A DNA stretch of 62,514 bases, the filler included. It is 3 parts of 3 records of this genome, joined end to end, with 100 filler letters (N's around TTAATTAATTAA, not from the genome) between each part and the next. Parts side by side here need not be neighbours in the genome. Positions count along the whole stretch, not along the records: positions 21,348 to 50,777 come from SRR31156797_4422; 2 more parts are not named here. One strand, given 5' to 3'. The first letter of the stretch is position 1; the number at the start of each line of letters is the position of its first letter. The position numbers and the translations under genes were made by a program. The notes below the pieces were generated by a model that saw only the letters and a program-made list of their open reading frames with translations, was not told the DNA's origin and did no database searches. This document shows positions 26,635 through 36,234 of this stretch, piece after piece.

Positions 26635-29214
26635 TTATATTTCAAACCCCAGTACAAGGACATCATCTATTTGGTCGAAGTTTCCTTTCCATTTATTAAA
26701 AGAAGATTCCAGAGTTTGCAACTGTTTGTCCATGTTTTCATTGTGGATACTTATTAAAAGCTTTTTGAATTGATCAGAACCGAATTTTTTACCACTTTTT
26801 TCTTCAAATTGATCAATATAACCATCTGTAAATAAGTATAACTTATCGCCTTTGAACAACTTGAATTGTTTGAATGTAAATGGAATCATGTTTTTCCGGT
26901 ATGCAATGGTTGTTCTTTCCCCTTTAAGCTCATATAAAGTATAATGCTCATCTGAAGATACTATGGTGTCATTAATTGGTTCTAACTTGTTTGAGCGTAC
27001 CACATACAATGGATTGTTAGCACCTGCATATTGTAGTTTCATGTTTGTGAAATCAACGGTGCAAATCGACATATCCATTCCATCGCGTGCTTCACCGGGT
27101 GTGCCTTTTTGATTGAGTGCATGTATAATTTCTTCTCTAAGTCGTTCAAGTATGCCGGCAGGGTTAGTCAATCCTTCCCTGTTAACGACATCATTCAAGA
27201 ACGAAATGCCCAATAAGCTCATAAATGCACCGGGAACTCCATGTCCTGTAGAATCAGCTGTAGCAAGAATGGTTTTGTTTTTTATTTCAGTGGCCCAATA
27301 AAAATCTCCACTTACAATCTGTTTAGGTTTATTTAAAATGAAATGTTTGTTTAGCAAACGGGTTCTTTTTTCTTCATTGGGCAAAATAGCACTTTGGATA
27401 TATTTTGCATAGTGTATACTGGCAGTAATTTCACTATTAGTTACTTCAATCTTATCCCGTTGAGCTTCGATTTCCTCTTTTTGGCTATTTACAGTTTCAA
27501 TGGTTGTCCTTAGTTCTTCGTTTATCTGCTTTAATTCTTCATTTGATTCCAGTATCTCTTGTCGCTGATAGTCAATGATGTTTTTCGCTTTCCGTATCCG
27601 GATGTATAAAACAAATGCAATAATTACGGCGATTAGCACGATGACTAGCCCAATTGTGAGACGAATTTGTTGTCTCTTTTGCTGTGCTATTTTAGCAGTT
27701 TGACGCTCAATTTCTTGTTTTTTCTTTTCAAGCTCAAAGCGTGTTTCCAAAGCGCTGAGTTTTTTCTTGCTTTCTAAAGTAAAAATGCTGTCATACATCT
27801 GCTTAAAAAGCACATGATTGATGTAAGCTCGCTCAAAGTCTCTGACCTCGGCATATATTTTGGATAATATTTCTGCTGCTATCTTAACATCTTCTTTGAA
27901 GTCATATTGAAGAGCAATTTCAAGTCCTTGGGTAATATAATCTTCAGCAGATTTATAGTTTTTGAGTCTAAAATGTATTTCTCCAATTCGTATCAAGTCA
28001 TTTGAAATTCGGTCTTTCTCTCCAAGTGATTTGTGTATATCTAGAACTTCTTTGTATTTATCAAGTGCAGTATTGTATTCTTCTTTTTGCACAAAAAGAG
28101 ATGCCATACTGGAAAGAGAATTTGCTATACTGCTATGATCACCAATTTCTTTACTGATTTTTAGAGACCGATCTAAATAGTAGAATGCAGAGTCATGCTT
28201 TTTCAAATGAATGTAAGCATCTCCAACATTCATTAAACTGATGGCAATTTCATCTTTATCACCACTTTTTTCATCGTAACGTAATGATTGCATGAAATAT
28301 TTAAGCGCAATATCGTAGTTTCCAAGTTGTATGTGTACTTCACCTAAATTGTTAATACTCATTGCAACCCCAAAATCATAATTAATATCTTTTGAGATGG
28401 ACATTCCTTCATTAAAGAGATCAATGGCTCTTTTAAAATTCCCCATTTCTTGATATACTGTACCAATGTTAATAAGACCATCTGCGATACCTTGTTTATT
28501 ATTGGATTTTCTTTCTATATCAAGAGATTTATTGTAGTATATAAGTGCGCTATCATTACTTCCCTGGTAATCGTAAACAAGCCCTAAATTATTATATGCA
28601 TGTGATATTAGCTCGCTGAGGTTTAGTTTTTTAGCTAAATTGAGGGATTTGTTGAAATGTTGAATTGCAAGGGAGTATTCACCCATCTCTTCGTAAATAA
28701 TTCCTAAATAATTGTGCGTGATTGAGATCCCTTCTTTATCATCTAGTTCAATTTTGATTTTAAGTCTCCTTTCAAAATAGTCCAGCGCTTTATGATAGTC
28801 TCCAATAATTTCATGCAGCCATCCTATTCTTAGAAAATAGTCTGATAATATGTTTTTGTCGCCATATTCTTTTGCAATTAATAAACCTTTGTTGAGCAAA
28901 TTGATTGCCTTTTGGTTGTTGCCTAAGTCTTCATCAATGTCTGCTTTATATCCAATGCATAAAAGAATTAGGGAAGTATCTTCAATATCATAAGCAAGTT
29001 CTAATGCATTATTAATCTGAGTAATAGCTTCATCTTTGTTTGTGCTAGAATAAATGGCACTGATTTTTACTAACAAATCTATTTTTTGTTTTTTTGAATC
29101 GGCATCATTCAACAAGTTTGTTAGACTGTCAATAGCATGTTGATTTTGAGCAGTTAATTGAAAAGCATTTATGCTAAAAAAGAGCACAAAGATTATGGCT
29201 AAATATTTTTTCAT
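26635..29214 (-). CDS. Signal peptide-TPR repeats-TM-coiled coil-SpoIIE/PP2C phosphatase
   Basis: Repeated NNLG TPRs; VSGDFYW, ADSTGHGVPGAFMS, DGMD, FTDGY, QIDDV. Confidence 0.9.
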   Translation of the reverse strand: MKKYLAIIFVLFFSINAFQLTAQNQHAIDSLTNLLNDADSKKQKIDLLVKISAIYSSTNKDEAITQINNALELAYDIEDTSLILLCIGYKADIDEDLGNNQKAINLLNKGLLIAKEYGDKNILSDYFLRIGWLHEIIGDYHKALDYFERRLKIKIELDDKEGISITHNYLGIIYEEMGEYSLAIQHFNKSLNLAKKLNLSELISHAYNNLGLVYDYQGSNDSALIYYNKSLDIERKSNNKQGIADGLINIGTVYQEMGNFKRAIDLFNEGMSISKDINYDFGVAMSINNLGEVHIQLGNYDIALKYFMQSLRYDEKSGDKDEIAISLMNVGDAYIHLKKHDSAFYYLDRSLKISKEIGDHSSIANSLSSMASLFVQKEEYNTALDKYKEVLDIHKSLGEKDRISNDLIRIGEIHFRLKNYKSAEDYITQGLEIALQYDFKEDVKIAAEILSKIYAEVRDFERAYINHVLFKQMYDSIFTLESKKKLSALETRFELEKKKQEIERQTAKIAQQKRQQIRLTIGLVIVLIAVIIAFVLYIRIRKAKNIIDYQRQEILESNEELKQINEELRTTIETVNSQKEEIEAQRDKIEVTNSEITASIHYAKYIQSAILPNEEKRTRLLNKHFILNKPKQIVSGDFYWATEIKNKTILATADSTGHGVPGAFMSLLGISFLNDVVNREGLTNPAGILERLREEIIHALNQKGTPGEARDGMDMSICTVDFTNMKLQYAGANNPLYVVRSNKLEPINDTIVSSDEHYTLYELKGERTTIAYRKNMIPFTFKQFKLFKGDKLYLFTDGYIDQFEEKSGKKFGSDQFKKLLISIHNENMDKQLQTLESSFNKWKGNFDQIDDVLVLGFEI

Positions 29215-29411
29215 GCTTAGTTAGTGATTCACTTCAGAGGTTAATTCCGAACAATAAATATAAGATATTTAGATCGGAATTGATAGAAAATCTCTAAAAA
29301 CTATCCGTTTTTGCAATTACGTGTACACTTTTGTGCAATTTCAAACAGCTACTGGCATTTCTATTTAATTTAGTTGATATTGCATTAATATTAACCCAAT
29401 TAACCCTTAAA

Positions 29412-31886
29412 ATGATGAAAAAATACATTTCATTCCTGGTTATAGGTATGGCAATTTTTATATTTTCAATTGGACATACTTATGCTGAATCCAATCCGGA
29501 ATCAAAAGAGAGTGCCCCGGATGGAGTTGTAACCGGAGTAGTTTTTAATGAGAAAACCAAAGCACCTGTGGCATTTGCTAACGTTTCATTAATGCGTCAG
29601 CAAGATTCTGCCATTGTAACCGGAGCTATAACAAATGAGCAAGGAATTTTCACTATCGAGAAAGTTCCGCCGGGCGATTATCAAGTAGCCGTAAAATTCA
29701 TTGGTTACAAAAAGCAGATTGTTCAAAATATTAGTATTTCTGAAAAACAAAAGATGGCACAACTAGAGCCAATCGCACTTAAGCCCGGAAGTGTGCAACT
29801 AGATGAGGTTGAGGTTGTTGAAGATAAGAATTATGTTGATTTTCAAGTTGATCGAAAAGTGATAAATGTGAGTCAGCATATTGAGTCTAAAGGTGGACGG
29901 GCTGTAGATGTGCTTAAAAATGCTCCATCAGTTGCAGTTGATGCGGAAGATAATGTGACTATGCGTGGAAGTGATAGTTTCACGGTTTTAATCGATGGTA
30001 AACCTACAATTTTTAGTGGGAGTGAAGCTTTGAAGCAAATCCCTGCTTCAATGATCGAAAATATTGAAATTATTACAAATCCTTCTGCCAAATTTGACCC
30101 GGATGGTGTTGCCGGAATCATTAATCTTGTGATGAAAAAGGAGCATCGAGAGGGTGTGAATGGGGTTTTGAACTTAACGGCAGCTACAGGGAATAAGTAC
30201 AACGGCGATTTTACGTTCAATAAACGCACGAAAAACTTTAATTGGTTTGGTAGTGTAAATGGAGCATACCGCAGTTTTTCAAATACTCAGGAGATGAAAA
30301 CCATTATTTATGATACACTAGGGAATATTCAAAATGTAGATATGAATCTGGCACCTGAGCGTATTATGAAAACTTATTCAGCAAAAGTTGGTGCAGACTA
30401 TTTTTTGAATGATTATAATAATTTCACCCTTTCATTTGATGGTGGATATTGGGGTATGGATTTTCTTGCACCCACAGAATACCATGAATTTTATACTGTA
30501 GGACCTGCCACTGCAAATTATATTCTTTCTGACAATGAGACTCGTATAGGAGGAAATTATATCAACTCCAATTTATCTTATCAACATAAGTTTAATGATA
30601 AAGGGCATAATTTGGATATTTCAGCATTTGTAGCATTTTGGGATGGCGAGCGTAGTGTAGATCAAACATCAGATACCACAGATGCTGGTTTTGATAATGT
30701 AATATCAGCTGGGTCACAATCAAGGTCAAACGAAGTCCAGGGACGCACACAGATGCGGTATAAGGTTGATTACGTTTGGCCTGTGAGTGAGAAGTCAAAG
30801 CTAGAATTAGGGGCTCAAGCAAGATTTAACGACGAGCAAAATGATTTTAACGCTGAAACTTTATTGGCTGGTATTTGGCAGAACGATCCAACCCAAACCA
30901 ATGAAATGATTTTTTCGCGCCAAATTCATGGTGGCTATGCCACTTGGTCCAGTGAATTATTTAGCATACAATATAAACTGGGTTTGCGCACAGAGTATAC
31001 TTATCGAAATGTTGACCTAGACAGAGAATTTACTATTGATCGTTGGGATGTGTATCCTACAATTCATTTAACAAAAAAGCTTAAAAAAATAGGACAGTTT
31101 CAGTTAAGTGCTTCGCGAAGGATTAATCGTCCGCCACAGTGGTTATTGAACCCATTTCCAATGTTTTCTGATAATTTTACATACCAGTCCGGTAATCCTG
31201 AACTAGAACCGGAATATATAAATGCCGCTGAAATCAATTACAGTCATAGGATTAAGAAAACAATGTTCTCAGTTGAGGGATTCTATCGATTTAAAGAAAA
31301 TGCATTTACGCGATCAACAATGAATGAGAATGGAATTAATTATATAAGCTTTGATAATTTGAATGAAGAAATTACTATGGGAGCTGAGGTTGTGGTGAAC
31401 ACTCCATTGACCAAATGGTGGCGGATATATGTGAGTGGTAGTTTGTATCATTTTCAGATTAATGATATGAACACTGTGGAAGAAGATCCTTCAAGTGTAA
31501 ATGGTAGTGTGCGGTTCAATAATACATTTAGTATTGGTAAAAAGACACGTGTTCAATTAATGGGGTTTTATAATAGTAAAACTGTTACGGCACAAGGAGA
31601 TCGTGATGGATTCTTTATGGCAACAGGTGCTGTAAGTCGCGATTTCTGGGATAAGAAAGCTAGTTTGACACTTCAGGTACGTGACATGTTCAATACCATG
31701 AAGATGAACTTTACTAACGATGGTGAGAACTTCGAAACAGATGGTTATTTTAGAGGTGAAGGTCCTGTTGTTAGATTGACATTTACTTACCGATTAAATA
31801 ATTTCCGCAAAGCAATGCGTCAGCAAGATGAGACAATGGATATTGGTGGTGGAGCAGCTGGGGCTGGTGGAGGTGGAATGTTATAA
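29412..31886 (+). CDS. TonB-dependent-type outer membrane receptor / beta-barrel protein
   Basis: Signal peptide, carboxypeptidase-regulatory-like domain, IENIEIITNPSAKFD plug motif, GNPELEPE. Confidence 0.87.
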   Translation: MMKKYISFLVIGMAIFIFSIGHTYAESNPESKESAPDGVVTGVVFNEKTKAPVAFANVSLMRQQDSAIVTGAITNEQGIFTIEKVPPGDYQVAVKFIGYKKQIVQNISISEKQKMAQLEPIALKPGSVQLDEVEVVEDKNYVDFQVDRKVINVSQHIESKGGRAVDVLKNAPSVAVDAEDNVTMRGSDSFTVLIDGKPTIFSGSEALKQIPASMIENIEIITNPSAKFDPDGVAGIINLVMKKEHREGVNGVLNLTAATGNKYNGDFTFNKRTKNFNWFGSVNGAYRSFSNTQEMKTIIYDTLGNIQNVDMNLAPERIMKTYSAKVGADYFLNDYNNFTLSFDGGYWGMDFLAPTEYHEFYTVGPATANYILSDNETRIGGNYINSNLSYQHKFNDKGHNLDISAFVAFWDGERSVDQTSDTTDAGFDNVISAGSQSRSNEVQGRTQMRYKVDYVWPVSEKSKLELGAQARFNDEQNDFNAETLLAGIWQNDPTQTNEMIFSRQIHGGYATWSSELFSIQYKLGLRTEYTYRNVDLDREFTIDRWDVYPTIHLTKKLKKIGQFQLSASRRINRPPQWLLNPFPMFSDNFTYQSGNPELEPEYINAAEINYSHRIKKTMFSVEGFYRFKENAFTRSTMNENGINYISFDNLNEEITMGAEVVVNTPLTKWWRIYVSGSLYHFQINDMNTVEEDPSSVNGSVRFNNTFSIGKKTRVQLMGFYNSKTVTAQGDRDGFFMATGAVSRDFWDKKASLTLQVRDMFNTMKMNFTNDGENFETDGYFRGEGPVVRLTFTYRLNNFRKAMRQQDETMDIGGGAAGAGGGGML

Positions 31887-31896
31887 GAAATAATTA

Positions 31897-31920
31897 AGGC
31901 CGGTGTAGCCGGCCTCTTTT
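31897..31920 (+). terminator. Terminator between convergent genes
   Basis: AGGCCGG-TGTAG-CCGGCCT-CTTTT. Confidence 0.65.
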
Positions 31921-31922
31921 CT

Positions 31923-32489
31923 TTAAAATCCTTCGTCCATTTGTTTAGGTTTCTCTTTTTGTTCTTTCCTTTGGGCTTTCTCTTCTTCGAATTCCTGTAA
32001 AATTTCTTCAAGTGTTTTACCCAAATTTTCTATTGAGATTTCCGCATCTTCAACTAATTCATGATCGGGATTCTCTCGAATAAACTTTTGATAATATTTT
32101 CTTGCACTGGCTGTATCATTTACCTGGTCAAAAACAAAAGCTTTCATAAAAACGGCCATTGGGTAGTGTCTTGAGTTTTCAAAATTGATCTCAACAGCAT
32201 CAAAAAAGCCAATTGCTCTTTTATAGTAATTATAGTGTAAGGCAATCTCACCACCTCTCATCAAATAGGTTGCCCCGGAGGTGTCTTTTGGGAATTCCAT
32301 GTGGTACTCATCATAAAGTCTGAGTAAAGAACTGATTTGAGTTTTATTGAGATTCTTTCCACTAATTGCCTCATTTAAGGCTTTCTCGTTTTTGTCGATT
32401 TTTGCTACAATATCTTTTTTCGGGCTTTCATTGCTACATGCAATCATGATAATGAGAAGCACCGGGATAAGTATTTTTAACTGTCTCAT
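31923..32489 (-). CDS. TPR-containing lipoprotein
   Basis: MIAC lipobox; ARKYYQKFIRENPDHELVEDA TPR-like helix pair. Confidence 0.8.
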   Translation of the reverse strand: MRQLKILIPVLLIIMIACSNESPKKDIVAKIDKNEKALNEAISGKNLNKTQISSLLRLYDEYHMEFPKDTSGATYLMRGGEIALHYNYYKRAIGFFDAVEINFENSRHYPMAVFMKAFVFDQVNDTASARKYYQKFIRENPDHELVEDAEISIENLGKTLEEILQEFEEEKAQRKEQKEKPKQMDEGF

Positions 32490-32494
32490 ATGAT

Positions 32495-33049
32495 TTATTT
32501 AGCTAATATTGTTCTGTAACTGGCGTTAAATTTTCCTTTAGAAATACCCATTAGTTTACTTTTGAGTATCTTTTTTCGAAGCGGAGATATACGATCTGTA
32601 AATAGCACACCTTCTAAATGGTCGTATTCATGCTGAATAATCCTGGCACGTGTACCATCAAATTCCTCCTCGTGTTCTTCGAAATTCTCATCCTGATATT
32701 TTATTTTTATTTTTGATGGTCGATTTACATCTTCACGGATTCCAGGAATGCTCAGGCAACCCTCGTTAAAAAGCTTTTCTTCACCCCATTCTTCAATAAT
32801 CTCTGGATTCAGGAATGTTTTCTTAAACCCTTGTAATTCAGGATCGTCTTCTGCCATAGGTTCGCCATCAATTACAATAATGCGCAAAGATTTGTTGACT
32901 TGAGGCGCTGCCAAACCAACACCATCAGAAGCATACATGGTTTCATACATATTAGCAATTATCTTATCTAATTCTGGATAATTTTTGTCAACTTCTTCGG
33001 CTCTTTTTCTTAAAATTGGATGTCCAATAATTGTTACCGGATATATCAT
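32495..33049 (-). CDS. def: Peptide deformylase
   Basis: GVGLAAPQ, EGCLS, QHEYDHL. Confidence 0.97.
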   Translation of the reverse strand: MIYPVTIIGHPILRKRAEEVDKNYPELDKIIANMYETMYASDGVGLAAPQVNKSLRIIVIDGEPMAEDDPELQGFKKTFLNPEIIEEWGEEKLFNEGCLSIPGIREDVNRPSKIKIKYQDENFEEHEEEFDGTRARIIQHEYDHLEGVLFTDRISPLRKKILKSKLMGISKGKFNASYRTILAK

Positions 33050-33051
33050 TT

Positions 33052-33465
33052 TTAAAACGGTTTATTTAGAAATGTTTGTAAAATAATTGTTGCACTGATT
33101 TCATCAACCAGTCCTTTATCTTGCCTTTTCTTCTTTTTCAAACCACTATCTATCATAGTTTGTTGTGCCATCATTGATGTAAATCGTTCATCAACTCTAT
33201 GTATTTTCTTATCAGGGTATTTTCTTTGAATTTTTCTTACAAAACCTCTGATTTGCGGCTCAGTTTCTGAAGGTTCATTATTCATTTGCACAGGAAGTCC
33301 CACAACAATTTCATCTACTTTTTCTTTTCTAAAATATTTATCTAAAAAATCAATGAGTGTGTGAGTAGATACAGTTGTAAGTCCAGTGGCAATTATTCTG
33401 TCTTCATCTGTTACCGCAATACCAGTTCGTTTAAATCCGTAATCGATACTTATTATTCTTCCCAT
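33052..33465 (-). CDS. ruvX: RuvX/YqgF pre-16S rRNA nuclease
   Basis: IDYGFKRTGIAVTD, VVGLP, DERFTS, VDEISA. Confidence 0.95.
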   Translation of the reverse strand: MGRIISIDYGFKRTGIAVTDEDRIIATGLTTVSTHTLIDFLDKYFRKEKVDEIVVGLPVQMNNEPSETEPQIRGFVRKIQRKYPDKKIHRVDERFTSMMAQQTMIDSGLKKKKRQDKGLVDEISATIILQTFLNKPF

Positions 33466-33488
33466 TGTAATAAACCCTGAATCGGCTA

Positions 33489-33496
33489 CAAAGATA
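33489..33496 (-). promoter_or_regulatory. Bacteroidota sigmaA -7 element
   Basis: TATCTTTG (TAnnTTTG) upstream of ruvX; similar boxes at 36139, 39435, 43006, 46301 and 48578 on +. Confidence 0.7.
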
Positions 33497-33627
33497 CAAA
33501 TATTGCGCCGATTGGAAGTTTTTTGTTAAAAATATGGATTTGAGCATGTTGCTTAGGAAACATTATTTCAGTATAGTGCGTTTATTTTAAAGTATTGTTC
33601 GATTGATAAAATTGGTATCTTTGTTTT

Positions 33628-34890
33628 ATGGAAAAGACTTCAAAACAAGAACTTTGGAAGGGAAATGCAATAGCCCGTTTTTTTCTTTGGTGTTCAGGAG
33701 CCCGGATATATTTATTGAGGAGATGTCCTACAGAGATTAATATGTTTATGGGTATTGGAATTGTAGTCTTTTTAACCGGAATAATGGCATCAATCTCAGG
33801 AGGGTATGCATTTCATCTGGTGTTTAATTCCATACCATTGGCCATTATTTTTGGTTTATTTTGGGGAGTATTAATATTCTTTCTCGATTGGTACCTTGTA
33901 TCTAGTTTGAAAAAAGAAAAGAAGTGGAGAAAAGAATTTTCCATGGCCTTTCCAAGGATCGTTTTAGCAGTTTTTATTGCTATTGTAGTTGCAAGACCAG
34001 TTGAAATGAAATTATTTGAAAAGGAAATTGATTTGCAGGTGCAAAAAACTCAGCTGGACAAACGCGAGGTTCAAAATAGTCAGATAGCCGGACAGTTTCT
34101 TGAAATTAATCAGCTCAAGGCTAAAAACGATTCAATTGAAAAATACATTAGCAATAAAGCTAAACGTAGAGACAGGCTTTATAATTTGATGATTGCTGAA
34201 GCAGAAGGACGAAGTCCTGTTGGAATTCTAGGTAAAGGTCCCGTTTATAAAGAAAAGAAATTAGAGTACGATATTGCCCATAAAGAACTGGAAGCCGAGC
34301 GTGCTCGCTTAACTCCCCTGGTTGAAGCTAATTTAGTGCGAATCAATCAATTAAATCAAAAGAAGGATGAGCTTTTGGCCACAAACCAAATAGTAATTAC
34401 CAGAGCAAATGGGTTTTTATCAAGAATGAGGGCATTGCATCAGTTACAGCAAGAAGAGGAGATGGTTGCATGGGCTTCATGGTTTATTCTTTTACTTTTT
34501 ATTGCCATAGAAACATCACCTGTATTCGTTAAATTGATAAGTTCTCGTGGACCATATGATGAATTGCTGCAAGCGGAACAATATGCTACAAGTTACAATG
34601 CGGCAATGATGGTTGATGAATTTGCGCACAATAGAAAATTAGCATTAAAGGATTTAACAAGGAAGGAAGAATTGTTGCTTGACCAAAACGAATTGGTTTT
34701 ATCAAATGCTTATAAAGAGCTAACATTAGCAAAGCAGGAGATAAATAAGGATAGGATAAAGCGTTGGAAAGAAATGCAAATGCAGAAGAATGGTGAGACT
34801 ATTAATAAAGATTTTCCACTATTGTTAGATATGAAAAGCAGACCTGAAATATCCAGCAGCAAGGACGATCAGGTTACTCCTTCATCATAA
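33628..34890 (+). CDS. DUF4407-like membrane/coiled-coil protein
   Basis: FFLWCSGA, three TMs, PRIVLAVFIAIVVARPVEMKLFEKEI, IETSPVFVKL. Confidence 0.8.
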   Translation: MEKTSKQELWKGNAIARFFLWCSGARIYLLRRCPTEINMFMGIGIVVFLTGIMASISGGYAFHLVFNSIPLAIIFGLFWGVLIFFLDWYLVSSLKKEKKWRKEFSMAFPRIVLAVFIAIVVARPVEMKLFEKEIDLQVQKTQLDKREVQNSQIAGQFLEINQLKAKNDSIEKYISNKAKRRDRLYNLMIAEAEGRSPVGILGKGPVYKEKKLEYDIAHKELEAERARLTPLVEANLVRINQLNQKKDELLATNQIVITRANGFLSRMRALHQLQQEEEMVAWASWFILLLFIAIETSPVFVKLISSRGPYDELLQAEQYATSYNAAMMVDEFAHNRKLALKDLTRKEELLLDQNELVLSNAYKELTLAKQEINKDRIKRWKEMQMQKNGETINKDFPLLLDMKSRPEISSSKDDQVTPSS

Positions 34891-35281
34891 TATACTTAAA
34901 TTCAAAGTCAACCATTTCTGCGAGTTCTTCACCTACATCTCGCATATCTTCATCACCTTCTTCATAATACCAGTTTATCTTAATATCAATGTCACTGTTA
35001 TGAAGTTGATTGATGTAAAGTAAGATATCAAGAATAAATTTTGCAGAGGCAGAATTAAAATAAGACAGTTTAAAGTCGAAATCTACTGTCCCATCTGTAC
35101 TAAGTTTTGTTTTAACTTCCTCTGTTTTATCTAAAGCACTTTCGAACCAGTTAATAACAGGCATATAAAACTCCCGAACATTCTCAGGCCTGGAGCATCC
35201 TGCTATTTCAAATTTTCGGTTATCTATATCCAGAATAACCGAAGGTGTTGCTTTTGTTTCTTCAATACTAATTTTATCCAT
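34874..35281 (-). CDS. SiaC-family regulatory phosphoprotein (DUF1987)
   Basis: TKATPSV, GCSRPEN..FYMPV, LSYFNSASAK, INWYYEEGDEDM..GEE. Confidence 0.87.
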   Translation of the reverse strand: MDKISIEETKATPSVILDIDNRKFEIAGCSRPENVREFYMPVINWFESALDKTEEVKTKLSTDGTVDFDFKLSYFNSASAKFILDILLYINQLHNSDIDIKINWYYEEGDEDMRDVGEELAEMVDFEFKYIMMKE

Positions 35282-35285
35282 GCTG

Positions 35286-35783
35286 CTAGATCTTTATTTT
35301 TAAACAAAAATACGATTCTTCTTTATTGATGTTTTTAAATGAATAAGATATTTTATCACTGGCGTTTTTACCTATAATAAAAACTCCTAATCCTGCCCCT
35401 CCTTCAACACTTATGTTGCTGTTTTTAAGCTTATCAGCAAATATTTTTTTTAGGTTTTTATTATTGTTATTAATGTAGTCAATTCGGTCCTTTAAAATGG
35501 ATTTTTGCTTTTCATTAACAATATTACATGATTCAACAATTATTCCATCTTTTTGATTTTTAATGCAAAAGTGAGGTAAATTATTATTTTGTTTTTTCTG
35601 AGGGGCGTGCCGCATAATATTTTCAAGGGTTTCTACGGCAGTTGAATAAATCCTTTTTTTAATAAGCGTTGATAATTCAGTTTTACTCAGGCGATTATTT
35701 AAATCCTCTAACAACTCGTTTATAATGTCATAATCGAGCTTTCCATCGTATGTGAGTATAATATTTTCGTTGCTTTCCCGCAT
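35286..35783 (-). CDS. SiaB-family protein kinase (GHKL-like)
   Basis: KKRIYSTAVETLENIMRH N-box, GGAGLG G-box; directly upstream of the SiaC-like gene. Confidence 0.8.
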   Translation of the reverse strand: MRESNENIILTYDGKLDYDIINELLEDLNNRLSKTELSTLIKKRIYSTAVETLENIMRHAPQKKQNNNLPHFCIKNQKDGIIVESCNIVNEKQKSILKDRIDYINNNNKNLKKIFADKLKNSNISVEGGAGLGVFIIGKNASDKISYSFKNINKEESYFCLKIKI

Positions 35784-35970
35784 ATTAAAGGTGCAATATA
35801 ATAATATTCTTCTTTTTATATGACAAATCCTTTTCCTCCATTTACTAATAAAATGTTAAAGATACTTAATGATATCCTAATATAATATCCATTACAGCCC
35901 TGGAAAGATGTCTTTATGCATTGTTATGCTTGTTTTATGTAACAATTTGATTAATTTATCGTAAATTGCA

Positions 35971-36038
35971 TTAGTTAGCCTGTTTTGGGGAGCGGTAAAA
36001 CTTAATGGGGTTTTGAAGTAATTTCAGCCCCATTTTTT
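35971..36038 (+). ncRNA. Candidate small RNA
   Basis: TAAATTGCA promoter-like box (35962-35970), about 65 nt, ending in hairpin AATGGGG..CCCCATT plus T-tract with no upstream + strand CDS. Confidence 0.4.
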
Positions 36039-36234
36039 AATTATGTTGTTCGTGAAATTGTGGATTTTTTTTTGCTATAGCTTTAGACATAAGAGATTTA
36101 TAGTGAATAAAATTATTTTGTTTGAATAATTTCAGATCTAAATTTGCATAAATCATTTATGAGGTCTACTTTGCAGCCGTTTAAATTTGAAGCCTTTTCA
36201 ACGTTAAAGTACACTTAATCAATCTGATATATAA

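Noticed and set aside
27800-29000. Periodic sequence as a CRISPR array or DNA tandem repeat
   Set aside because: Degenerate TPR coding repeats; no identical direct repeats with spacers anywhere in the window
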